Shown here: piece after piece, positions 40,029 through 48,301 of the stretch
How positions within the stretch are numbered: the first letter of the stretch is position 1
Layout: each line of letters opens with the position of its first letter
Source of the DNA: Coriobacteriales bacterium
Lineage (GTDB): Bacteria; Actinomycetota; Coriobacteriia; Coriobacteriales; UBA8131
DNA: 64,000 bases
NCBI GenBank assembly: GCA_031282405.1
Contig: JAITDU010000032.1
Span: forward strand, 11,154 to 75,153
Reading direction: 5' to 3'
The notes under the pieces: model-generated
The model's database searches: none
What the model saw: the letters and a program-made list of their open reading frames with translations, nothing else
Told to the model about the DNA's origin: nothing
Program-made: the position numbers and the translations under genes

Positions 40029-41093
40029 TTGACGACGCCTCGGGAAAGAACCCGTCAGGTGCGGGTGGGTACGGTAACCATCGGTGGCGGCGCGCCTGTG
40101 TCGCTTCAGTCGATGCTCGACACCGACACGCTCGATGTACCCGCCAGCCTCGACCGTATCGATCGCCTTAAGGGCTTGGGCTGTGACATCGTCCGTGTGG
40201 CCATACCCTCCCATGCTCATCTCGACGCTTTTGCGACTATCTGCGCAGCTTCGCCACTGCCCGTCGTGGCCGATGTTCACTTTGACCATCGTCTGGCCGT
40301 AGCTGCCGCAGGCATGGGAGCGGCCAAACTGCGAATTAATCCGGGTAATATCGGCACTCTTGATAACGTCGATGCTGTCATTGACGCTGCTCAAGCTGTC
40401 AACATTCCCATCAGGATAGGCGTTAACGCCGGTTCACTGGCCGAGCGCTATCATCAAGATCAGCGTCTGACGCTGTCGGAGAAGATGGTAGCCTCGGCGG
40501 TCGAATTCGTTGAGTATTTTCAACGTCGCGGCTTTACCCAGTTAGTCGTATCCGCAAAGGCTGCCGATGTTGCGGCTACGGTTGCCACGTATGAATTGCT
40601 CTCTGCTCAACTCCCAGAGCTGCCACTGCACCTGGGTATCACCGAGGCCGGCACAACTCAGGCCGGTACCGTACGCTCGGCTGTAGGTATCGGAGCGCTC
40701 TTGCTCACCGGCATCGGCGATACCATCAGGGTCTCGCTTACGGCTTCTCCCACAGAAGAAGTGCGGGTTGGTAGAGACATTTTGGCAGCAGTGGGTCTGG
40801 ACCGTTCCCGGCCTCAGTTAATCAGTTGCCCCACCTGCGGGCGCTGCCAAGTCGACCTTATCCCTCTTGCCAACCGTATCGGTGAGCGATTGGAGCAGAT
40901 TTCCAAGCCGCTTGTGGTGGCAGTTATGGGCTGTGTTGTCAACGGTCCGGGCGAGGCGGCAGCGGCAGATGTTGGTGTGGCGTGTGGCAGGGGTACGGGG
41001 GCAATCTTCAGAAACGGCGCAGTCCTCTATACTGTTGCAGAAGACCAGATACTCGATGCCCTGTTTAAGGAGATAAATAATGCCCTGGATTGA
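40029..41093 (+). CDS. ispG: 4-hydroxy-3-methylbut-2-en-1-yl diphosphate synthase (flavodoxin)
   Basis: 354-aa ORF with VRVGTVTIGGGAPVSLQSM, RINPGNIG, and CPTCGRC ... GCVVNGPGE cluster ligands. TTG start. Confidence 0.92.
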   Translation: MTTPRERTRQVRVGTVTIGGGAPVSLQSMLDTDTLDVPASLDRIDRLKGLGCDIVRVAIPSHAHLDAFATICAASPLPVVADVHFDHRLAVAAAGMGAAKLRINPGNIGTLDNVDAVIDAAQAVNIPIRIGVNAGSLAERYHQDQRLTLSEKMVASAVEFVEYFQRRGFTQLVVSAKAADVAATVATYELLSAQLPELPLHLGITEAGTTQAGTVRSAVGIGALLLTGIGDTIRVSLTASPTEEVRVGRDILAAVGLDRSRPQLISCPTCGRCQVDLIPLANRIGERLEQISKPLVVAVMGCVVNGPGEAAAADVGVACGRGTGAIFRNGAVLYTVAEDQILDALFKEINNALD

Positions 41094-42909
41094 TGCTCGT
41101 ATACTCAGATTGAGCCAACTTTATGCTCCCACATTAAAAGAGGACCCTGTCGATGCCGAAGTGGCCTCGCATCGCCTCTTGACCCGAGCGGCAATGTTGC
41201 GCAAAGTGGCGGCAGGGGTTTATTCGTTTTTACCGCTGGGTCTGAAGGTGCTGCATAAAGTTGAGCAGATAGTGCGCGAAGAACAGAATAGGATTGGCGC
41301 CCAGGAAATGCTTATGTCGATCATTCAGCCGGCGGAGCTGTGGCATGAAAGTGGCCGCTGGGATGTTTACGGGCCTGAGCTCATGAGCTTTGAAGATCGT
41401 CATGGTCATGGTTTTGCTCTCAGTCCAACCCAGGAAGAACTGATTACGGCGATCGTTCGCAATGAATTGCGCTCTTACAGAGAATTGCCCAAATCGTTGT
41501 ATCACATCCAATGGAAGTATCGCGATGAGATCCGTCCGCGCTTTGGCCTGTTGCGTGGCCGCGAATTTATCATGAAAGATGCCTACAGTTTCCACGATAG
41601 TCCGCAGTCGCTTCAAGATCACTATGATGAACAGTCGCGGGCTTATGGGCGTATCTGCGACAGGCTGGGGCTGGATTGGCGTTCGGTCGAGGCCGACAGC
41701 GGCCAGATAGGCGGCAAAGTAACACGTGAGTTCATGGCATTAGCCGCAAGTGGCGAGGCCGAAATACTTCATTGCACCTGTGGTTTTGCCGCTAATGCCG
41801 AGGTAGCTACGGCTGGATTGGCTCCGGAGGTCTACGACCCGAATGACGCAGGGACTGTTCGCGACATCAACGAGCTGCAAACACAGAACAGCTACAACCC
41901 GGTGGGCACAGGAGCAAGCACAGAGGTTGAATCAATACCCGATTTGCTTAAAGTGCATACGCCGGGCATCGCCACGATTGTCGCGTTAGCGGATTTTCTC
42001 GATATCAGCGAAAAAGCAACCGTCAAGGCTTTGGCAGGACGGGATTCGCAGGGACAAGTTACGGTGCTTTTCTTGCCGGGCAGTCATGAGGCGGGAGATT
42101 TAAAGCTACACAATGCGCTACTTGACTTTGAGTTGATGAGCGATGAGGAGATGCGCTCCGCACATCTTACCAAGGGTTTTATGGGTCCTGTCGGTTTACC
42201 CGACGGTACAAGAATTGTGGCCGACATCTCGCTCAAAAACATGCCCTACTGGCTTGTAGGAGCCAACGAACCCGACTACCACCTGGCATACGCCGCCTGT
42301 GGTCGTGATTTTTCTGTGGACGCGTGGGTAGATAGCGCCACGGCTCAACCCGGCGATTCCTGTCCTTATTGTGGTATGCCGCTTGTGGGTGCCCGGGGCA
42401 TCGAAGTTGGTCAAGTGTTTCAATTGGGCACAAAGTATTCTGAAGCTATGAATGCTCGTTATATGGACGAGGACGGTGTCGAGAAGCCCTTTATCATGGG
42501 TTGCTATGGTTGGGGCGTGACCCGCTCTTTGGCTGCTGTGGTCGAACAGCACAATGATGAGGCTGGGATTATCTGGCCGCTCAGCGTGGCACCGGCAGAG
42601 GTCGTTGTGATCATGCTCACGACAGCAGACGATGTGGTGCAACCTGCTGCTGAGCACGTGGCCGAGCAGTTGGTGGAGTTAGGCATTGAGGTAGCTCTTG
42701 ACGATCGCGACGAGCGTGCCGGTGTCAAGTTCAACGATGCCGATCTGATCGGTTGGCCCTATCAGCTGGTAGTGGGCAAGCGTGGCTTGGCCACAGGTAT
42801 CGTTGAACTCAAAGTGCGAGCCACAGGAGAGAGAAACGATGTTGCATTAAGTGATTGTGTGTCTATAGTAGCCGATCTGATCTGCGAACAACGAAGGCGT
42901 TACCTTTAA
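41080..42909 (+). CDS. proS: Proline--tRNA ligase (bacterial type with INS editing domain)
   Basis: 609-aa ORF with class II motifs (FRDEIRPRFGLLRGREF, GIEVGQVFQLGTKYS), a central editing insert and a C-terminal anticodon-binding domain. It overlaps the ispG end by 14 nt. Confidence 0.93.
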   Translation: MPWIDARILRLSQLYAPTLKEDPVDAEVASHRLLTRAAMLRKVAAGVYSFLPLGLKVLHKVEQIVREEQNRIGAQEMLMSIIQPAELWHESGRWDVYGPELMSFEDRHGHGFALSPTQEELITAIVRNELRSYRELPKSLYHIQWKYRDEIRPRFGLLRGREFIMKDAYSFHDSPQSLQDHYDEQSRAYGRICDRLGLDWRSVEADSGQIGGKVTREFMALAASGEAEILHCTCGFAANAEVATAGLAPEVYDPNDAGTVRDINELQTQNSYNPVGTGASTEVESIPDLLKVHTPGIATIVALADFLDISEKATVKALAGRDSQGQVTVLFLPGSHEAGDLKLHNALLDFELMSDEEMRSAHLTKGFMGPVGLPDGTRIVADISLKNMPYWLVGANEPDYHLAYAACGRDFSVDAWVDSATAQPGDSCPYCGMPLVGARGIEVGQVFQLGTKYSEAMNARYMDEDGVEKPFIMGCYGWGVTRSLAAVVEQHNDEAGIIWPLSVAPAEVVVIMLTTADDVVQPAAEHVAEQLVELGIEVALDDRDERAGVKFNDADLIGWPYQLVVGKRGLATGIVELKVRATGERNDVALSDCVSIVADLICEQRRRYL

Positions 42910-43158
42910 CGTTTCTGACACTCACCTTATTACTCACGCTCAGGACAGTTACCTACCTCTTTCGCTTTAACATCCACAATAGCTCACAGCCGTCTGTTTT
43001 TCTCGCGAAATAGCGCTCAAATACAAAGCTGCAATAGCGCAGGGTGTGCTCTTTGCTTCTTAATCATATAAAACATATAGGTATTATATAATCAGTGTGT
43101 ATAGAAAGGTGCACTCGTGCAGGATGCACCTTGAGCCAGTGTCGGATAGGAGAGATAT

Positions 43159-44400
43159 ATGGATGACAAGACAGCGAGAAAGCGTCAGCGGCAAAGTGAG
43201 GTGCGCACCATAGCGCATGCAGCTTTCATCGCGACGCAGGGTTTTGCTACACGTTCGGTGCATGGCGGCAACGAGGTTGACGACGAAACTTACGCCATCC
43301 GCCGACCCATAACTATGGCAAACAGCTATGAATTGCCCTATGATCCTACCGGCATCAATTGGAGTGCGGCCGGCGGCATGGTCTACACCCGCAATAGCGG
43401 TGCCAATCAGATATGGTTGGAGCAAAAACTCGCACTTTTGGAAAGTGCCGAAGCCAGTGTAGTACTGGCCAGCGGCGTGGCCGCTATCGCCGGTGTGCTC
43501 TTTACGTTTGTCGCAAGCGGCGAGCATATTGTAGCTTCGGATAACAGCTACATCGCCGCGTACCGGCTTATAGAGGAACTATTTCCTCAAAAGTATGGCA
43601 TCGAACGCACGCTTGTAGACTCGCGTGATGTTCAGGCGGTGCGCCAGGCCATAAGACCCAATACTCGTCTCATACACATCGAAACACCGGCTAATCCCAC
43701 GCTGAAGGTAAGTGACATTGCGGCCATCGCAAAGATAGCTCACGATGCCAAAGCGCTGCTCTCTGTGGATTCGACCTTTGCTTCTCCCTATAACCAGCGG
43801 CCGTTGGAACTGGGGGCCGACCTGTGTATCCAAAGCCTGACCAAGTACATAAACGGCCATGGCGATGCGCTGGGTGGGGCAGTGTCTGGTTCTTGCGAAC
43901 ACATAGGCCGCATCAAAACTGAGGCCATGGTCAATCTCGGTGGCAGTATCAGTCCTTTTAACGCTTGGCTTATCCAACGCGGCAGCGTAACCTTACCACT
44001 GCGGATGCGCCAACACAACGCGAGTGCTCTGGCTGTAGCTCAGTGGCTGGAGGGCCGCAGCTCCGTGAATTTCGTAGCTTATCCGGGGCTTGCCAGCTTG
44101 GCAAACCACAACGTGGCACTACGTCAGATGCCCGGCGGTTTTGGCGGTATGTTAGCCTTTGGCCTGGCAGCAGATACCGATACCTGTAATTATTTTGTCA
44201 GCCAACTGCGTGTTATCACCAGCGCGGTATCATTAGGACATGATGAGAGCCTTATAGCTTACCTAGGCCCGGGTGACGAGCGTCAGTACCTGTACCCTTC
44301 GGAGTTCAATGACGGTTTCTTTAGACTCAGTATCGGCCTGGAGGACACTGAAGATCTGATCGCCGACCTTGACCAGGCCATGGCGCGAGCTGGGCTGTGA
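43159..44400 (+). CDS. Cys/Met-metabolism PLP-dependent enzyme (methionine gamma-lyase / cystathionine gamma-synthase family)
   Basis: 413-aa ORF with the PLP-lysine context SLTKYINGHGD, VDSTFASPY and LGHDESLI motifs. Substrate specificity cannot be read from the sequence. Confidence 0.8.
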   Translation: MDDKTARKRQRQSEVRTIAHAAFIATQGFATRSVHGGNEVDDETYAIRRPITMANSYELPYDPTGINWSAAGGMVYTRNSGANQIWLEQKLALLESAEASVVLASGVAAIAGVLFTFVASGEHIVASDNSYIAAYRLIEELFPQKYGIERTLVDSRDVQAVRQAIRPNTRLIHIETPANPTLKVSDIAAIAKIAHDAKALLSVDSTFASPYNQRPLELGADLCIQSLTKYINGHGDALGGAVSGSCEHIGRIKTEAMVNLGGSISPFNAWLIQRGSVTLPLRMRQHNASALAVAQWLEGRSSVNFVAYPGLASLANHNVALRQMPGGFGGMLAFGLAADTDTCNYFVSQLRVITSAVSLGHDESLIAYLGPGDERQYLYPSEFNDGFFRLSIGLEDTEDLIADLDQAMARAGL

Positions 44401-44403
44401 ACT

Positions 44404-44456
44404 TTGAATAATGCCTGCGCATACGATTTTTTGAATAATGTCGGCGCATACGATTT
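44404..44456. repeat. Tandem 26-bp repeat (two copies, 27-bp period) between the PLP-enzyme gene and thpR
   Basis: TTGAATAATGCCTGCGCATACGATTT (44404-44429) and TTGAATAATGTCGGCGCATACGATTT (44431-44456) differ at 3 positions. They are followed by related short units GTACGATTCAC and GAGATTCAC (44461-44480). Confidence 0.85.
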
Positions 44457-44552
44457 GCCTGTACGATTCACGAGATTCACAAGACGCGTCCAGACGCATT
44501 GTGGCAAAAGGGAAGAGGAGACTCTTGTGAGCTTGCGACGAAAGGTGAAGCT

Positions 44553-45125
44553 ATGCGTCTGTTCGTTGCCTTAGAACTCGCCGAGGATGTTAAAGACACT
44601 CTGGCTTTTGCTGCGGCAGACCTAACACGACAGGCCCAGAGTGGGCGAGCGGTCATGCGCGACAACTTTCATCTTACCCTGGTTTTTATTGGTGAGACAA
44701 ACCGGATACATGAGGCACGCACCATCTTTGAAGAGACAGGCCGCCAGCGGTTTGTGCAGTCATTGAAACTGACGCTTAGGGGCATCGGTACTTTCAAAGG
44801 CAAAAAGACATCTGGTCAAAAAGGCCAAACGCCCACAACAGTATATACCTGGTGGATTGCGGTAGAGCCTACTTCTGCTCTGCTATCTTTGACACACGCC
44901 TTAACAGAGGCGTATCGCGTGCACGGCTTTACCCTGCAGTCACGCAATTTTAAGCCACACATTACCCTCGTTCGTGGCGTTTGCGCTCCTAAGCCTATCG
45001 AGTTTGACCCGCCGTGCCTTACTACAATCTCTGCTCGTCTTTCTCTGATGAAGTCTGATCTGACAGGCCGAAGTCCCGTATATACCACTCTTGCCAGCCG
45101 ACAGATTTCTGAGCCCACCTTTTGA
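44553..45125 (+). CDS. thpR: RNA 2',3'-cyclic phosphodiesterase (2H phosphoesterase, ThpR/LigT)
   Basis: MRLFVALEL start and two HxTx motifs (HLTLVF, HITLVR). The ORF opens at 44499; ATG 44553 is preceded by AAAGGTGAAG. Confidence 0.85.
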   Translation: MRLFVALELAEDVKDTLAFAAADLTRQAQSGRAVMRDNFHLTLVFIGETNRIHEARTIFEETGRQRFVQSLKLTLRGIGTFKGKKTSGQKGQTPTTVYTWWIAVEPTSALLSLTHALTEAYRVHGFTLQSRNFKPHITLVRGVCAPKPIEFDPPCLTTISARLSLMKSDLTGRSPVYTTLASRQISEPTF

Positions 45126-45280
45126 GATTACTCCGGCCAAATTCTTTGGATAACTGTGTGATATTTTGTTTTTTTGGCTGTGGTCTGCTAGGATATGTAA
45201 GCTGACTTGCTGGAGCATGTTTTTCTGTATGCTCAATGTGTGGTTCGCAAACGGGGTTTGCAGCAAGCAGGAATGATCGT

Positions 45281-45357
<77 letters not shown>

Positions 45358-45382
45358 GTTTTTTAGCTACGTTGTTAATCAG

Positions 45383-45463
45383 CGGGATGACTGAGCAGCG
45401 GCAAGCCGCTGCTGTCTGCTGGCGCAGGCCGGATTTGAGTTGCAAATCCATATGACCCGACCA
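45383..45463 (+). pseudogene. Degenerate tRNA-Pro-like element (pseudo-tRNA or tRNA-like shell)
   Basis: It starts with CGGGATG, identical to the tRNA-Pro 5' end, and ends with CCCGACCA, identical to its 3' end. It contains a T-arm-like hairpin GGATTT-GAGTTGC-AAATCC and a 7-bp hairpin GCAGCGG-CAAG-CCGCTGC whose 4-nt loop is incompatible with an anticodon loop. Confidence 0.45.
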
Positions 45464-45550
45464 GCTTTTTCACTCATGAATCTACTCGTTTTGTTAGCCG
45501 AATCTATGGCACAATAATAACCAATAATACGAGAGCCGAGGCGCAGGCAC

Positions 45551-46339
45551 ATGCTTGATATTTTGCAACAGATAGTCTACTTCTTTGGACGTGGTTTTTG
45601 CCATCAATTCACCAGCCGTAGTTTTGAAGCGGGCGGCCTGTACTTTGGGGTCTGCGCTCGTGACACAGGCATATTCCTGGGACTTTTTATCACAGCCCTA
45701 ATAATCTGTACAGTCTTTGTGCACAGGAACGCCAAGTTCGGCGGTATGCCCAGCCCAAGCGTTGTCGTTTGCAGCATTCTGTTGATTATGCCTATGGCGC
45801 TTGACGGCCTCAGTTCGTATACCGGTCTGCGCGAGACTACGAATTTCATCCGCTACATCACAGGTTATCTATGCGGCATCGGTGTTGGCATGGTAGCAGC
45901 GCCGGCCGTATCCGGGTTGTGGCAGGCGAATAACCCCGCCCAAAGCCTGCCAACGAGTCCGGTCGGATTTATCCCTGTTATCTTAGGTTCATCTGCAATC
46001 GGCGCAGTATTTTACCTTGTTTATCCTTACCTGGGTGTTACCGCAGCGATTCTTCTTGCGCTCGTGGAATGGGCGGTATTTACGGCGGTCGCTCTGCTGA
46101 TTATTACGAGCACTCGTCTCTGGCCGCTGACTGCGAGTAATACAACTCCTCTGGTATCAACAATAAGCCAGGAAGGAGCTTCTAAAAGGAGCGCGTTACC
46201 TTATAATGCATTATCATTGCGAAACAGGAAGATGCTGCTTATTTTCGTAGCTGTCGCAGGGGCCTTCGCTTTTATCGCAACAGGTGCTTTGACAGCAGAA
46301 TTCCTCGAACTGTTACTCCCGGGCTTTGTGCATCCGTGA
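45551..46339 (+). CDS. DUF2085-like membrane protein
   Basis: 262-aa ORF. The N-terminal GRGFCHQFTSRSF...GVCARDTGIFLG pattern and multiple TM helices fit this family. Assigned by recollection of the motif. Confidence 0.6.
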   Translation: MLDILQQIVYFFGRGFCHQFTSRSFEAGGLYFGVCARDTGIFLGLFITALIICTVFVHRNAKFGGMPSPSVVVCSILLIMPMALDGLSSYTGLRETTNFIRYITGYLCGIGVGMVAAPAVSGLWQANNPAQSLPTSPVGFIPVILGSSAIGAVFYLVYPYLGVTAAILLALVEWAVFTAVALLIITSTRLWPLTASNTTPLVSTISQEGASKRSALPYNALSLRNRKMLLIFVAVAGAFAFIATGALTAEFLELLLPGFVHP

Positions 46340-46595
46340 TGCCGGGAGCAGATCAATGCTTCGCAGGCTGCATGAGCGTAGGCATCGCTACGCACTGCTC
46401 CGGAGATACCCATACACTCTCTCCGCCGATTCCTGGAACAAATATGCCGCCAGCGCCTGTAAGCTAGTTTTATCATGATATGATAGATAGTACAGAGGGT
46501 AGTTCCGCTTGCCTTGCACAGTGTTTTTTAGGCCGGAGCGACTAACCCGCAAACGTCCATGCATAAAGTTGGTATAATCATATAGTTTTGTTTCT

Positions 46596-46671
46596 GGGCC
46601 GTTAGCTTAGTTGGTAGAGCAGGGGACTCTTAATCCCAAGGTCCGGGGTTCGAGTCCCCGACGGCCCACCA
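46596..46671 (+). tRNA. tRNA-Lys (anticodon CTT), CCA encoded
   Basis: Manual cloverleaf: acceptor GGGCCGT/ACGGCCC, D arm GCTT-AGTTGGTA-GAGC, anticodon loop CTCTTAA, T arm CGGGG-TTCGAGT-CCCCG, then A-CCA. TGGTATAAT (extended -10) lies at 46570-46578. Confidence 0.92.
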
Positions 46672-46808
46672 TTCCTTTTAGATAAAACATTACTCGGAGG
46701 CTCGAACCCGAAAGGGGCCAACAGTCCTGCGGACTGTTGGCGGCGAAGCGAGCAAAAGCGAGCGAAAGCCTGCGGATTGCAAGGCGCAAAGCGGCGAAGC
46801 AATACGCG

Positions 46809-46829
46809 CGAGTCCCCGACGGCCCACCA
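46809..46829 (+). repeat. Exact 21-nt copy of the tRNA-Lys 3' end (half T-loop through CCA)
   Basis: CGAGTCCCCGACGGCCCACCA at 46809-46829 is identical to 46651-46671 inside tRNA-Lys, 158 bp upstream. Confidence 0.9.
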
Positions 46830-46930
46830 AACATCACGGATACGAACCTCATTCATTACTTCACAAGAAGGTTTGCTACAACAATTTGGTTGTGAACGAA
46901 AATCGGTTAGTCTTATAGGGCTAGCCGCTT

Positions 46931-47350
46931 TTGTGCTTTAGTGAACCGGCCAGCTTCTTTGAAAATACGCAGTGTAATAGTGCATCATCATCGCGCTCGG
47001 CGACTGTTCGTGGGCGAACTAAATGGAGTACGGCTGTAAATTTTACGTATGCTGATATTCAGAAATTAGAAAACGGCTTCACGAAAGCAGATCATCAAAA
47101 TATGGTTGCGCTTGTCCTCAGTAATAAGGATTTAAACGATACCAAAATTGCACTCTTGTCCTATGACGATGCCACGAAATGCCTTACGTCTGTCGACTCA
47201 GGCGGTAACCGAAGAATTAACGTTGTAAGATATGGTGCAGAGCATCATTTTATTTGTTATGGAGCGGGACAAAGCGAGGGCGACGGTGTCGAGATTTTTG
47301 TTAACCCTGGACGTACGCTTGACACTGAAAATTCTCCTGAGGATATCTAA
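46931..47350 (+). CDS. Hypothetical protein (start uncertain; possibly a gene remnant)
   Basis: 139-codon ORF from TTG in a visibly AT-richer stretch after tRNA-Lys. No recognisable motif and no clear Shine-Dalgarno. The first in-frame ATG is at 47102. Confidence 0.3.
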   Translation: MCFSEPASFFENTQCNSASSSRSATVRGRTKWSTAVNFTYADIQKLENGFTKADHQNMVALVLSNKDLNDTKIALLSYDDATKCLTSVDSGGNRRINVVRYGAEHHFICYGAGQSEGDGVEIFVNPGRTLDTENSPEDI

Positions 47351-47771
47351 AAACGCGTGTCTTATGTGTCATGAAAGTGTATAAGAACCTGATACAAAGA
47401 GCTGTCTTCTCCCGATAAGATGACAAAGGGAGAACTTGCGCGCACATTGAAAACCGGGTATTCAAAGGTTGAGTTGTGGAATATAGGCTCTATTGTCGGG
47501 TTTTGCTGCATCAAATAACTGCAGGTAAACACACACCTTGTCCCACATCCACAAAATTCGCTGGTTACATTGGATGAGAGGAACTTTGAATTACTGCCGG
47601 CGACATACGTTCACTACTTGCTCCTTGTTTTTTACATAGGCGAGTATAGCGTCCAGATTCTGCAACGCTTTGTGCAATGGTCGTGTGCAGTGACTGTGCG
47701 TTAGGGTAATCGAGGAGAGTGTAGTATCATTGTTTGATACGCAATTGTCGAGCAAGGAGCAGGCGAATCAT

Positions 47772-48179
47772 ATGAGTGAGAAAGAACCCACGACACAGAC
47801 CAAAACCAGACCAAAGGCAAGCGCTGTTTCGCTCTCTGAGAAGAGCGCTTCACTCCCCGAGATGGGAACGACAAGCACCCCTGCAGATCGCAAAGCGCTG
47901 AACAAAGCCAAGAAAGCGGATAAAAAAGCTCGACGCAAAGCCCGTGCAGAAGCAACTAAAGCCCGCGATGCCGCCAAAAAAGCCGATAAGAAACGCAGGG
48001 AGGCGGCCTTTAAGGCGACGATAGTCGATGGTCAGGTCGTCGACGAAAACGGTGTGCCCTTCAGACCTTATACGACAATAGAGCGTATCCTCGACAACAA
48101 AGTTCTCTCCTACAGTATCGTCATAGCCTTCATACTCATCTGTTTGGCTGCTACGCTCCTACTCTTTCAGGGACTGTAA
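47772..48179 (+). CDS. Hypothetical tail-anchored membrane protein with a Lys/Ala-rich basic region
   Basis: ATG 47772 is preceded by AAGGAG. The basic stretch is KAKKADKKARRKARAEATKARDAAKKADKKRRE and the C-terminal TM helix is IVIAFILICLAATLLLF. The ORF opens at TTG 47730. Confidence 0.5.
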   Translation: MSEKEPTTQTKTRPKASAVSLSEKSASLPEMGTTSTPADRKALNKAKKADKKARRKARAEATKARDAAKKADKKRREAAFKATIVDGQVVDENGVPFRPYTTIERILDNKVLSYSIVIAFILICLAATLLLFQGL

Positions 48180-48301
48180 TATACGAGCATTTCTCAGTTG
48201 CCGGTGGTTACGACTCGGTGGTTACGGCTCGCATCAACTCTCGTCTATGCTTTCCGGAGTGCTCTCGCCAGTGCTCGCTCAATAGTGCTCATACTCTCCC
48301 T

